A stretch of DNA of 63,846 nt, the filler included, from Squatina squatina (taxonomy: Eukaryota), in NCBI GenBank assembly GCA_031763465.1. It is 4 parts of 3 records of this genome, joined end to end, with 100 filler letters (N's around TTAATTAATTAA, not from the genome) between each part and the next. Parts side by side here need not be neighbours in the genome. Positions count along the whole stretch, not along the records: positions 1 to 13,643 come from JARFOE010000073.1; 3 more parts are not named here. One strand, written 5' to 3'. The notes under the pieces were generated by a model. It had not been told where the DNA came from. It searched no databases and saw only the letters and a list, made by a program, of their open reading frames with translations. Made by a program: the position numbers and the translations under genes. Positions 1-12,196 of this stretch are shown piece by piece (the stretch's first letter is position 1; each line of letters starts with the position of its first letter).

Positions 1-1835
1 ATTAGTTGATTTTAGTTCTAGAAATTTTAGTGTGTATATAAGGTTTAAGTTGAATAAAATGGCACATGTTGCTATGACTTAAATGTAGTTCTGGTTGATC
101 ATATTTGTAACCTTGAATTGTGGGAAATAGAAATGCTTTTTCATTGATGTAGCAATGACATTACAATGACTCCTTGTCAGAAAATGCCATTCAGCCCAAT
201 CTAGCTTATTCTGTTTAATTCTATGGTAAACGAGGGTGGTAGTCACCAGTGGAGGAAACCGTTGGAGACCTACAAAAGGAGCTGTATAATATCTGTAAAT
301 GGGCAACATAATGGTAGATTAAATGGGGTTATTGCCGAACTTGCACCAGTGTTACAGTGGCAGAGACTGTGGAGCTCCACAGAAATTTCCAGCAGTGTTA
401 TTCTAAATATGTTTTTGTTAATGAACTACAAGTTCCCCATATTTTTCTTGGAATTCTATCTGATATCTACCTAGATATGTATGGTTTGAAATGATGTTTT
501 CAGCGATATGCATGAATCAATTTCCCCTCTCTGCTATTTTAATTGAGCATTAACTTGTTTAAGCTTTCGTACAACTCCATCTTGCAGTGATTTCATTTTT
601 GTAGACCATTTAAATAAAATCAAAATATTTTTAATACTGGCCAAACATTCTGTTCACCGTCCTCTTAGAGACCATTGAGGGAAAAATGAGAATAGCCAAG
701 ACACTCTGACTGATCTCTGTGGGACTCTGCATATCACAACTTGCCAATTTCAATAGCTATTATTTATAATTACTGTCCGGTTTCTGTGAAGCCATTCTTG
801 TATGCATTTTGCTACTTCCTTTTATGTCTGGAGATTTCATTTTAACTTTTATCATTTCTTTTGTTGGAGACCTTGTGGGGAAAAAATGTCAGTTATATAA
901 TTGCTGCATTATCATTCAGTAATTATAACTTCCTTAAACTGGATGATTATTAGACATGACTCCCCGTTCATAGACTTGCAATGGCTTCCATTTCTTCTGA
1001 TATATGGAAGTGTGTAGCAAGGAGAATTTCAGCCTACAAGAAAAGGAGTTGTGGTATTCTGTGTCTGATGTTTGAGTCTCTAAATCAAACCATTGAGAAA
1101 TTCATGTAAATAGAGTTTCAGTTTGGCCGATATGTTGTGCACAACATGTCACCATCGGGACGTTCTCTGGTAACCTAAAATTCGGCACAGGTTAGCAAGT
1201 GCCAAGGTTTAGGAATAGTCACGTGTGGATGAATATTGGAGTTTAACTACCTAAAGCGACACATTTTACAATTGGGGCGTACTGGTAAATGTTCCACTGC
1301 TTGTCCAGTTAGGTTCACCCTAAATGTGAAACATTCCAATGCCCTATTTCTCACATCCTATCAATGAGCCAAGCGTTGGAGTGCTGAGGACCTGCCAGGC
1401 TCAGGTATTGGATTGCCAAGTCCGACAGAGCATCAACTTGGTCCCAATCATCCATCATCAGCCACGTAACCTTGGAGTCAATTTGACTTCGAGTCTAGCT
1501 TCCCCCTCGAAGGACGGCCATCATTCAGAGAATCTGAAATGATCAGTGGTAATGTCCCAGTGGTGAGGTAGGACAGGATGTTCTTGAGTTTGGGATCAAA
1601 TACAGTGTTCAGGTGTTACAGAAGGCGGTCATACCCTGCAATTCCAACCCATGATATGTTCATCTTGGTGAGCATAAAAGTTCCCAAATTTAGTTTTAAT
1701 TTCATTTTTTAATGAGCAAATTAAAGGGTTTAATTAGGTCCATAACTTATTTCAAAATATCTCATTCTTAATGTACACAAAAAGGAGTGTTTTAGGTAAA
1801 AATTTAATTGTGGTATTCACTTGTCTTTGACATAG

Positions 1836-2009
<174 letters not shown>

Positions 2010-2557
2010 TAGGCTACTGCCACTTGTGGGGGAAAAAATATTTTGGCAACCAGCCATTATTAGTGTGCTGTTACTGTTGCTATTGTTTGAAGTTGCACAG
2101 TAAAACTTCTGCATCCCTTTAAAAAGAAGAATCTTAATTGAGCACAATTAAACAAAAAACTCAGTTACTGCAGCTGCATTTTACTAAGGCAGTAACACCT
2201 GCCTGCATGGCTGAAGAAATGCCGCCGCCGCCACCACCACCACCCCCTCCCCTCCTCCCCCATCAAAACGGAAATTGCTTCCCAATCTCAAACTAACAAA
2301 CTTATTTTTGTGCCGAACTCCGGAGCAGTACAATGAATNNNNNNNNNNNNNNNNNNNNNNNNNNNNNNNNNNNNNNNNNNNNNNNNNNNNNNNNNNNNNN
2401 NNNNNNNNNNNNNNNNNNNNNNNNNNNNNNNNNNNNNNATAGAACTGAGTTGCATGGGCTTTGTTTAATTTGGATAACCCTGTCCCAACCATATAATAAC
2501 GGGTACCAGACTGATCATCAAAAAAAATCTATTAATTATGTTTGCACTCCATGACAG

Positions 2558-2664
2558 CTCCGCTTTATCAGAGTTTACAATGCTGAGTGCCAGAATGAAT
2601 TTGACGACTTCGATGACAAACAGATGGCAAAAATGGAGGACCAAATGCTAGAAGAAATAAATAG
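2558..2664 (+). CDS. CHKA: Choline kinase alpha, internal coding exon (107 nt; equivalent to human exon 10)
   Basis: gacag|...|gtaatt splice sites. Translates LRFIRVYNAECQNEFDDFDDKQMAKMEDQMLEEIN(R), aligning with CHKA LHFISSYL...QNDFENL...EEMLLEVNR, with a phase-2 end. Confidence 0.9.
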
Positions 2665-4249
2665 GTAATTATTATAATTAGTGATACTTTGCTTAAAAAT
2701 AACCTTTATTTATCTACTGTGCAATTTAACCACACATGTATGGTTAAAAAGTGCAACCTGCTTATTATGAACTTGTATGTTAAAACCAGATTTCAAAGTG
2801 AGAAAACAGTCCATTGAATCAATTCACTTAACGAATAAATGGATGCAATAACACTCCTGTTAAAGGGAACCGACTACCCACTTAAGAATTTTTATGCTGA
2901 TCTAGGTGCCAGTATTGGGGGAAATCACATTTGTAGATTTTCTGATTGGTTATGCTAAAATAATGAGCATAAAGTTCATGTAACTGGTCAGAAATATGGG
3001 GAGAGTGCTGTTGCCTACTTAATGATGGTGTTTAATATCTAACTGTAGAAGTGCAGGAAACTTGCCGTCCATATCGCCTCCCCCACCCCCTCAGCCACAC
3101 AACTCCTGTCCCGAATTAAAATCTGCATTTGTATGCCTACAATAATGGTAAAATGCGTTTCCAAATAGGAATACTTGTTTGCTCCCTTTTTTTGGAAGAA
3201 GAGGACTAATGGAAAATGCTAGGTAGGTCAGGCTACACTAAAGGTTGACTGTGGCTTCCTGCTGATACCCAGCCATTTACGTTTGCAGGTGCAGGCGTAA
3301 TGACCATTGTGTGGCATGCTAGTACTATTCGAGTCAGTTGCACCCTTTCAGCCTTTTTCTCAATTTCCTTCCAATGCCGTGCTATTGAGAGGGTTCTCTG
3401 CGTAGCAAATGGGACTTCCCTCTTTGCTGCCACCTCAATCTGCATGATCTCTACTTTGCCAGCCATCAGACAGGGGATTTGACTGTTGCCCTGTCACAGA
3501 CTCTGGTTCCTGCCCCAACATTTATTGTGCCGGCCACTGGTTCTTGCGAGTCATTCTTGTTAGATAAATAATCTTTGTGGAGGCTGAAACATAAATTAAA
3601 TATTGCTGAAATGGATATCTCCATATGTAGCTAGTTATTTTTAGGAGGCATGTTACCAACGTCAGGCCCAAAGGAGCGCAACCACAATATGTCAGTGTAA
3701 TTGACCCTGATCAGGATCAATGATCGGCTGGGTGCCAGTAATGCACTGCCTGATTAATGTTAGATATGAANNNNNNNNNNNNNNNNNNNNNNNNNNNNNN
3801 NNNNNNNNNNNNNNNNNNNNNNNNNNNNNNNNNNNNNNNNNNNNNNNNNNNNNNNNNNNNNNNNNNNNNNNNNNNNNNNNNNNNNNNNNNNNNNNNNNNN
3901 NNNNNNNNNNNNNNNNNNNNNNNNNNNNNNNNNNNNNNNNNNNNNNNNNNNNNNNNNNNNNNNNNNNNNNNNNNNNNNNNNNNNNNNNNNNNNNNNNNNN
4001 NNNNNNNNNNNNNNNNNNNNNNNNNNNNNNNNNNNNNNNNNNNNNNNNNNNNNNNNNNNNNNNNNNNNNNNNNNNNNNNNNNNNNNNNNNNNNNNNNNNN
4101 NNNNNNNNNNNNNNNNNNNNNNNNNNNNNNNNNNNNNNNNNNNNNNNNNNNNNNNNNNNNNNNNNNNNNNNNNNNNNNNNNNNNNNNNNNNNNNNNNNNN
4201 NNNNNNNNNNNNNNNNNNNNNNNNNNNNNNNNNNNNNNNNNNNNNNNNN

Positions 4250-4885
4250 CAAGGGAATACATAATAAATGGTAGGATACTGAGTAGTGTAGAGGAACAGA
4301 GGGACCTTGGAATACATGTCCATAGATCCTTGAAGGTAGCAGAACAGATAGATAAGGTGGTCAAGAAGGCATATGAGATATTTTCCTTTATTAGCCGAGG
4401 CATAGAATACAAGAGCGGGGAGGTTATACTTAAACTGTATAAAACACTAGGTCACAGCTAGTGTACTCGGTACAGAGGAGATTTCCAAGGATGTTGCTAG
4501 GACTAGGGAATTTTAGCTATGAGGAAAGATTGGAAATGCTGGAGTTGTTTTCTTTGGAACAGAGGAGGCTGAGAGGAGACTTGATTTGAGGTGTATAAAA
4601 CTGAGAGGTCTAGATAGAGTGGCTCTATTTCCCCTAGCAGAGAGTCAATAACTAGGGCGCGTAGATTTAAAGTAATTGATAGAAGGATTAAATGGGAGTT
4701 GAGGAGAACTCTTTGCCCAGAAAGTGGTGGGGGTCTGGAACTTGCCTGAAAGGGTGGTGGAAGCAGAAACCCTCATCAGCTGCAGACCAAGAGTTGGAAA
4801 GTGGGATTAGGCTGGATAGCTCTTCAGCCGGCACGGACACAATAGGTTAAATGGCCTCCTACTGTGTTGTAAATTTCTATGATTT
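4250..4885 (+). mobile_element. CR1 LINE 3' fragment in the last CHKA intron
   Basis: Translates YIINGRILSSVEEQRDLGIHVHRSLKVAEQIDKVVKKAY (CR1 ORF2 C-terminal region), followed by a CR1-type 3' UTR ending aatggcctcctactgtgttgtaaatttctatgatt. Confidence 0.9.
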
Positions 4886-4986
4886 TTGGAATGAAACATT
4901 TTCTGAGTAATAGGAGACCGAATGTAAACAACATGAATTTCCATTCTGAAATATTTTTAATTGTTACTTATGTATTTCTTCCACAG

Positions 4987-5046
4987 GATTATGCTTTAGC
5001 AAGATTTGAAATGTACTTTGAACAGAAGAAACAGCTGAATGTTTGA
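4987..5046 (+). CDS. CHKA: Choline kinase alpha, terminal coding exon (60 nt including stop)
   Basis: Polypyrimidine tract and ccacag acceptor. Translates DYALARFEMYFEQKKQLNV*, matching the CHKA C-terminus DYAQARFDAYFHQKRKLGV*. Confidence 0.93.
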   Translation, partial: DYALARFEMYFEQKKQLNV

Positions 5047-7650
5047 TGATTGGAAACCCTGTGGGAGGAGCCAGTGGTGTGAAGTGGAGACAACGACAGG
5101 ACAATAATTAAAAGTGCCAGGACCAACTATGGAAAACCACAGCAGTATCCAGCAGAAATGGCTGCATGTGGATTTGTTTCATGTGGTAGAAGTTTAGGAT
5201 ACAGATTTGTAGAGTTAAAAACAAATAATATAAATTCATGAACTGCAAAAGTTATGACCTGTTTACTTTTATAGAAATTGCTTTATGAATAGAACTTTGA
5301 AAATGCAGTAATGTAACATTTAATCCAGTACAAAATTGCTAATTAATTCTCTGACTGGAGCAGCTTCATTTGTTAGGTAGATGTTCAGTGAACAAAGTAT
5401 TGGGTAGTGTACATCAAGATATTCTTCCAGCTGGAAAATTTGACATTGCCTTTTTTTACATGATCCTTGCTTTGCCAAAAGCAAAATAACTTCAGAAGAA
5501 GTAACAATACAAGTCAGAGAAAAATTGATTTAAATTCTGAAATACTTACCTATAAATCTAGATTTAAAAACAGATTAATTGCTTTATGTAGTTCAGTGTG
5601 GAAAACAGTGAGACTACTGAAGTTAAAAGTTTTGGGTAGACAATACAATATAATTTTGCTTTGTTGATGACACACCTAGTGAAGGAAGATTGGAACCAAG
5701 CTGTTCCAATAAAACAGATGTGAACCAGACAGGGTGGCAGTACCCAAGGCCCTGTTGATTGACTAGTTAGCTTGGCTAACTGCTGGGACCTAGAGGGGTA
5801 GACCTGAGGACTGGAATCTTCCCAGTTGTCTCCAGATAACCTTGCAATAAGATGGTCTTAGCTGCTTAAGCTCTAGAATGTTTTTTCAGTGATCTGTGCT
5901 GGTATCTGCACAGTTTTAGCCAGTTAAACTCTAGGAGAATCCTACACACTTGGGTAATCTCTAGTTCTTAGCTGGTGCCACCCTGTGCCTACTTTTGATC
6001 TAGTGGGGTATGTCGCTGTGGAGAGAAAGTGTGTACTCCACATAATGGCAAACAAAGTCCACTAATGTGCATTTTGTAGTCAGTTGATTTGGAGAATGTT
6101 AAGTGTGACGATGGTTTCTGACATGTCAGACAGCCAGCTCATGCTAAAAGAAAAATTCATAGCTTAGGGTATCAAGTTGTGGTTTTATGATTTATTTTCT
6201 TTGTTGTATGTCATTACATAGTTAACACTCNNNNNNNNNNNNNNNNNNNNNNNNNNNNNNNNNNNNNNNNNNNNNNNNNNNNNNNNNNNNNNNNNNNNNN
6301 NNNNNNNNNNNNNNNNNNNNNNNNNNNNNNNNNNNNNNNNNNNNNNNNNNNNNNNNNNNNNNNNNNNNNNNNNNNNNNNNNNNNNNNNNNNNNNNNNNNN
6401 NNNNNNNNNNNNNNNNNNNNNNNNNNNNNNNNNNNNNNNNNNNNNNNNNNNNNNNNNNNNNNNNNNNNNNNNNNNNNNNNNNNNNNNNNNNNNNNNNNNN
6501 NNNNNNNNNNNNNNNNNNNNNNNNNNNNNNNNNNNNNNNNNNNNNNNNNNNNNNNNNNNNNNNNNNNNNNNNNNNNNNNNNNNNNNNNNNNNNNNNNNNN
6601 NNNNNNNNNNNNNNNNNNNNNNNNNNNNNNNNNNNNNNNNNNNNNNNNNNNNNNNNNNNNNNNNNNNNNNNNNNNNNNNNNNNNNNNNNNNNNNNNNNNN
6701 NNNNNNNNNNNNNNNNNNNNNNNNNNNNNNNNNNNNNNNNNNNNNNNNNNNNNNNNNNNNNNNNNNNNNNNNNNNNNNNNNNNNNNNNNNNNNNNNNNNN
6801 NNNNNNNNNNNNNNNNNNNNNNNNNNNNNNNNNNNNNNNNNNNNNNNNNNNNNNNNNNNNNNNNNNNNNNNNNNNNNNNNNNNNNNNNNNNNNNNNNNNN
6901 NNNNNNNNNNNNNNNNNNNNNNNNNNNNNNNNNNNNNNNNNNNNNNNNNNNNNNNNNNNNNNNNNNNNNNNNNNNAAATATTAATGAGGCTGCCACTAAC
7001 ATGCAAGTTAATATGTACATATATGTTAGTACATTTTTTTTGAAGTAGGTGATGATTAGGTTTTAACTCATCATACCGGTTGAATTTCTTACTAAGATGC
7101 AGACATAATTAAAAGTCAGTGTCCAGTAAAATCCTAAATCGTATTTAAAAGACAGTTTTGTAATAACTTGTTTGTTTAAAATACTGTTTAAAATGCTATT
7201 TCCAAGTCAAACTATGCTAATAAAACTANNNNNNNNNNGAAGTGTAAAATTTTAGTACAGTTTAATTTGGTAGCACTGAATAAATCTTGGTGTAACAGTT
7301 GCACTGTTTTTTTGACAATGGCCAACAATGTTACTTTGTGTAGTACTTCTGCTTTACTGGTCAGTAGCTGGGGAAGGCATATGGCAACCCTAATGCTGGC
7401 CTTTAAGTAAGACAGAGTAATTGCACTTGAATTGCAGCAAAAGCAATCAGAATTTACCTTGAGTTGAGGTATTCATTTGTTTATTGCTGTAAAGAAAATG
7501 TGATGAATGATTTTAATTTTTTAATGCAGTGATGTGGTGCATTATGTTTATTATGTTAATGCCAAATCAGTTGTATTTTTGTAAAATGTCATTGTATGCA
7601 CAGTTTATGTACTGACATCAAATCTTTTAATAAAGCTTTTTTCCTAATGG
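5047..7650 (+). other. CHKA: Probable CHKA 3' UTR (interrupted by gaps) with candidate poly(A) signals
   Basis: AT-rich sequence after the stop codon. AATAAA at 5708, 7219, 7279 and 7629; the last is preceded by a cluster of TGTA motifs (7573-7611). The true 3' end is not determinable. Confidence 0.5.
5729..5986. mobile_element. Possible old non-autonomous DNA transposon (hAT-like TIRs)
   Basis: Perfect 11-bp inverted repeat ACAGGGTGGCA (5729-5739) / TGCCACCCTGT (5976-5986). No TSD recognisable. Confidence 0.35.
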
Positions 7651-8125
7651 CATAAGGAAATAAGAGTCAAAGAGTGTGTACTTTTATAGAAAATCATGGT
7701 CGTCTTTGGCCACTTTGAAACAGTAATGAAATTTTGTGAATGCAAATGGATCCATTTGGTATTGTGCTTGCAATGAAGGCAGAGCATTTAAACTAAAATC
7801 TCTAAAGTGGATACAATCACATTTTTATTTCTTGCCTTTTTTAAAAAATTATGATCCACACATATATTTGCAGCTTATGGTGCAGCAGTTCAGAGCTTGT
7901 TGCTGAGTCTCTGAAGTAGAAAATGTGAAAAAAGNNNNNNNNNNNNNNNNNNNNNNNNNNNNNNNNNNNNNNNNNNNNNNNNNNNNNNNNNNNNNNNNNN
8001 NNNNNNNNNNNNNNNNNNNNNNNNNNNNNNNNNNCAGCCGCATGTCGGGGAGAGACGATTACTCCTGACTGGTTCTTCCCCCAGATCTGTGCATGTGCTC
8101 CCACTGGTACTGAATAACTTATTCC

Positions 8126-8181
8126 AAACCTGCCCTACAATTAATTCTTACCATACTAAGCAATAATTGTAGGGCAGGTTT
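8126..8181. repeat. Perfect 18-bp inverted repeat (hairpin)
   Basis: AAACCTGCCCTACAATTA (8126-8143) and TAATTGTAGGGCAGGTTT (8164-8181). The spacer has additional ctta/taag pairing. Confidence 0.9.
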
Positions 8182-8974
8182 TGATCCCTTTGTTTCCACA
8201 CTGTGATTGTTACTTTTGAACCAATAGATTCCCACAGATAAAGGTTAAATAGTTGAAAAAGGACATGAATCTTCCTAAAACAACTTTTCAATTTAGAATC
8301 TAAAAGATCTCTCATAATGTCGTTATCACTTGAGATCTACACTATGAATACAGTCATAAGGGGTCTTCTCATTGCTGTTTTAATTTCTACATATTTTTCT
8401 CTGTTCTCCTTGCTCCTCTCTGCTTGTTCGACCCTCCAACATACAGCCCTCTTCATTGTGCTCACTGTCACCGCTGTGATTCACTGATCCTTTTGGGCAT
8501 TTTAACAAAATATTATTCTTTTCGCAACCCTTAAGTTCAATATGTTCCTTGGTGAACTTTTTGTCTTGTTTGGCATACTCAGATTCCCTACATTATGAAA
8601 AATATTTTTGTTTACTCAGTACAGCTATCAAGAAGCAGTGTCCTCCAGTGCCCTTAACACTATTTGTCTTTCAGCTCTGTTACTAGCCTTTTTGGATCTG
8701 TTGTTAATCGTTCGCTTTCTCATACCTGGTGTTCATCAGACTATTATAATGGCTGAATAGATAAGCAATTAATTACTGTTAAGTTCCACTCAGAAAACTG
8801 TGCTTTACTTTTTATAGATTCTTTTTATGTGCTCCTGTTATTTTCCTTGCTCTTTCAGGTTCAACACACAATTTGGATCACGAGAATGAAAGCTGACCTG
8901 ATCCAGGGCAGTGCCCCCCCATCCCCCTCCTCCACTCAATAATTATTTCCCTATATTTTAGCGTTTGGGAAGTA

Positions 8975-9222
8975 AAAAAAACATTCATTAATTGATAAAA
9001 ATGAACCTGTATAGTAGGGCTGTAGATAGGGCTTTAAACTAAATAGTGGGGGGGAGGATTCAGGTGAGGAGATATTTAGAAAATTAAAGAGAAAGGACAA
9101 GGCAATAAGGCAGGGTAGCAATATGGGTAAAGATAACCAGAGTGTGACAGGAAAGGACAGAGTGTACAAACATACGAGTGCAACAGCAAATAAGGTCAGA
9201 GTAAGGAAAAGTGAGAAAAAGA
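8975..9222 (+). mobile_element. CR1 LINE fragment (ORF1 end / ORF2 start region), cut by a gap
   Basis: Similar to 19820-19970, which runs directly into a CR1 endonuclease start (aaggacaaggcaata..gcagggtagc..atgggtaa.gataac.agagtgtgaca). Confidence 0.75.
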
Positions 9223-9922
9223 NNNNNNNNNNNNNNNNNNNNNNNNNNNNNNNNNNNNNNNNNNNNNNNNNNNNNNNNNNNNNNNNNNNNNNNNNNNNNN
9301 NNNNNNNNNNNNNNNNNNNNNNGTTACAAAATAGTTGGAGGAGAAAGAAGACAGTCGATTATATCTCTGGAAAGGCTGAAGAACAGTAATTACAATATGC
9401 AGCCTTCAATTTAATTGTGAATTTGATATCTAACATTACTATAACTTGTTTTAGTGTTTTTGTGATATACTTAGTGAAGCACTGAAAGAATGTTACTGAT
9501 ATTACAGATAATAAAGTATAAAAACACCACTTCACAATGATTCAAAATTCAAAACCATAGCACTTGTTGTACAAGGAACAGAAACACTCAGAACTAAAAA
9601 ATGAGGTGCATCACTGTATTCATTCATACACAAATGTCTGTGATCTCTCCTCTGATGTATGATGTACAGTAGCAAACTATTCAGTCTATGATTGTCACAC
9701 AAAGCAAGAGCCTGGCAACAGGAGGAGAACAGCGAACAGACTGCAGCGATGAGAGAGCCTCCCACACTGTGGCCAAGATATAACAGAACAGCTTACCTGA
9801 ACCCCAAACTCAGTGGCTTCTTGGCATTGGTAAAAAAAGCAACAATTTTGCTCTAATGAGATCTTTGAATAAACATAAAAAGGCAGCAAGAGGATTTAAG
9901 AATTGGAATTTAAAAAATGTAC

Positions 9923-10098
9923 CTCAAGTTTTAAAGTAGCCTTCCTGCGGATATTCTTTTCAATACAACAGGTAAACTGGTCTCCGAAAGAGGGATTTCT
10001 AGTGTTCTTCATAATCTTGGTGTCCCATTGGTGAAGGATACATTGGTATGGAGGTAAACTGGCAAATAGCTTTATCCGAATGAAAGTGTCAGCACTCT
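9923..10098 (-). CDS. C2-domain (synaptotagmin-like) coding exon, 5' end lost in a gap
   Basis: Stop-free minus-strand frame SADTFIRIKLFASLPPYQCILHQWDTKIMKNTRNPSFGDQFTCCIEKNIRRKATLKLE ending at a phase-0 gag|gtacat donor. Matches the C2 consensus SDPYVKV..L....TK..K.TLNP.F.E.F.F......L.(V). Confidence 0.75.
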
Positions 10099-10198
10099 NN
10101 NNNNNNNNNNNNNNNNNNNNNNNNNNNNNNNNNNNNNNNNNNNNNNNNNNNNNNNNNNNNNNNNNNNNNNNNNNNNNNNNNNNNNNNNNNNNNNNNNN

Positions 10199-11420
10199 TT
10201 ATTTATGTCTGCCATTTCCTTATTTTCATTTACAGTGTTGATATAATCGGTTTTCAAGGGGCCCACATTTTCCCTAATAAAATTGTAAAAGATTTTTAAA
10301 ATTATCCTTTGCAAGTTTCTTTTTGTACTCCAGTTTGTAGTTCTAACTATTTGTCACCTTTTGTTCTTTCTATCTCTCCCAGTCGCTAGGATCTGTGCTA
10401 TTTTTTGCATTCTTGTATTTTTTTTATGTTGTCTCTCACCTCTTCTTGTCCATGGCTGTTATTTTTGGCAAGTAGAACTCTTGCCCCTTCGGGGTATAAA
10501 CTGGTTCTGTATCATGTTAAATTATTTTGTGAACCCATCCCACTGATCTACTGTTGTTTTACTCATTAACAGATTTGCCCAATTTACAGTTGTCAATCTC
10601 TGTTTCATCCAGTTGGCCATGCCTAAATCTAGAATCTTAGCTGTTTTGTGTTTCTCCCTTTCAAACACAACATTGAACTTGATCATATTATGATTGCTAT
10701 TAGATAAATGTTCACTCATCGTTAGGCTGTTAACTAAATCGGGCTCATTATTAAATCGAATATGGACTGCCCCCTTGTTGGATCTAGACCATATTGTTAC
10801 AGTAAACTGTCCTGAACACACAAATTCCTACCTTTCTGAAATGACCTAGTCTGCTTATCCCAATCTATATGAAAGTTTAAAATCCCTCATTAAACCACTC
10901 TGCCTTTATTACATGCTTGTCTAATCTCTGGATTCATACATTCTGCCACTTCAGAGCTGTTACCAGGGGGCCTATACACAACTCTCACTACAATCAAAAT
11001 ACTTTTTTCTATTTCTTAATTCTACCTATAAAGTCTCCTCTGCCTACTTACCTCATTATATCATCTCATCATTGAAGTAATTTCATCCTTAATCACTAAG
11101 GCTACTCCTCCCCCTCTACCAATATCCTTATCTGTTCTGTAGACCTGATACCATGATATTTTCAGATCCCAGTCCTGTCTATCTTGCAGCCATGTCTCAG
11201 TAATGGCTACCGTGTCGTACTTTCTAAGTTGAATTTGCATTTGCAATTCATTCAATTTGTTTCTTGTACTCCATGCCTTTGTATAAATGCTTATTTGGGC
11301 CACACACCCTAACCCATTGTTCTGCTCTAATGTTTTTCTCACACATTCTTGTTTCTGTCTCCTGATTTACTTACTTTACACCTTTTAGTTTTCCTTTTAC
11401 CTGTAGTGCCTAAAGCACAA
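10199..11420 (-). mobile_element. CR1 LINE fragment, APE endonuclease region (degenerate)
   Basis: ORFs 11061-11342 (RNKLNEL...YDTVAITETWL...GRGGGVALVIK) and 10522-10821 (EHLSNSNHNMIKF, decayed SDH motif), broken by stops and frameshifts. Confidence 0.9.
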
Positions 11421-11499
11421 TTCTGACACTTTACTCTCGTCCTTTTTGTTTTTAGAATTATTATTTATGCTATCTTTTCCACCTGAGCCCTGTTAAGGA

Positions 11500-11735
11500 A
11501 GTATAACTGTTGGCTAGGACCCCTGGGGAACTCCCAAGCTCCTCTTGAAATAGTGTCATGGCATCTTTTGTGTCCATCTCAACAGCAAGATGGTTTAATG
11601 TCTCATCCAAAAAGTGGCATCTCTGACCATGCACCAGTCCTTCAGTACTAAACTGTCCTGTCAGCTTGTATCCTGGAGTGAGATTTGAACCCACAACCTT
11701 TTGGCACTAAGTTGAGAGTTCTACCACTGAGCCCA
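11500..11735 (-). mobile_element. Deu-domain SINE (SacSINE1/AmnSINE1-like), partial
   Basis: Reverse complement resembles the copy at 41900-42130 (tRNA-like head with gggttcaaat B box, then ggatgagacattaaacc...atgccatgacactatttcaagag). Confidence 0.75.
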
Positions 11736-12009
11736 CCTGGCACTTAAAAGATTGCTGATTAATATCTGCCCAAAGATGTTACTTGCTAACAGCCCTGTAG
11801 CGAACAGCAGCTGAGTTTTTTGAGGCATCTAAAATGTCTGTTGTACAGGAAAATATCTTGGTAGGCAAGTTAATACTTCAAAATACAAGTAGGATGGGCT
11901 GTTAGAATGATACTGTACTGTTGTAAAATTAAGTGCAAGTTATTGCAAAATACTAACTGGGAGTTACTTAATTAAACTTGGCGTGCAATGCTTTAACTCT
12001 TTCTTCTAG

Positions 12010-12196
12010 GTACCCCAACATATCGTGTGAACTACTTACTTCAGATGTAGCACAGCTGAATGACCGACTGGCAGAAGATGAACCTTTGTTGACACGACTT
12101 TACAGCTTTCTGCAGAACGAGCCACCTCTTAACCCTTTGCTTGCCAGCTTCTTTAGTAAGGTGCTAAGCATTCTTATCAGCAGGAAACCTGACCAG
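12010..12196 (+). CDS. PPP6R3: Protein phosphatase 6 regulatory subunit 3 (SAPS domain), internal exon, 187 nt
   Basis: ttcttctag|g ... gaccag|gtagga splice sites. Translates [62 protein letters not shown]; [13 protein letters not shown] and [12 protein letters not shown] fit R3 rather than R2 (YPNTACELLTCDV, SKTIGNLIARK). Confidence 0.94.

Noticed and set aside
3692-7020. Long ORFs in the ORF track spanning N runs (also 30723-31553, 34613-35814 and many 100-N gaps)
   Set aside because: Their length comes from untranslatable X residues, so there is no coding evidence.
9797-9862. 66-nt minus-strand in-frame exon candidate (ISLEQNCCFFYQCQEATEFGVQ) after the C2 exon
   Set aside because: Splice signals are good, but the intron would be only 60 nt and the peptide lacks the V.D.D.FS motif expected next in a C2 domain. 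Not called without transcript data.
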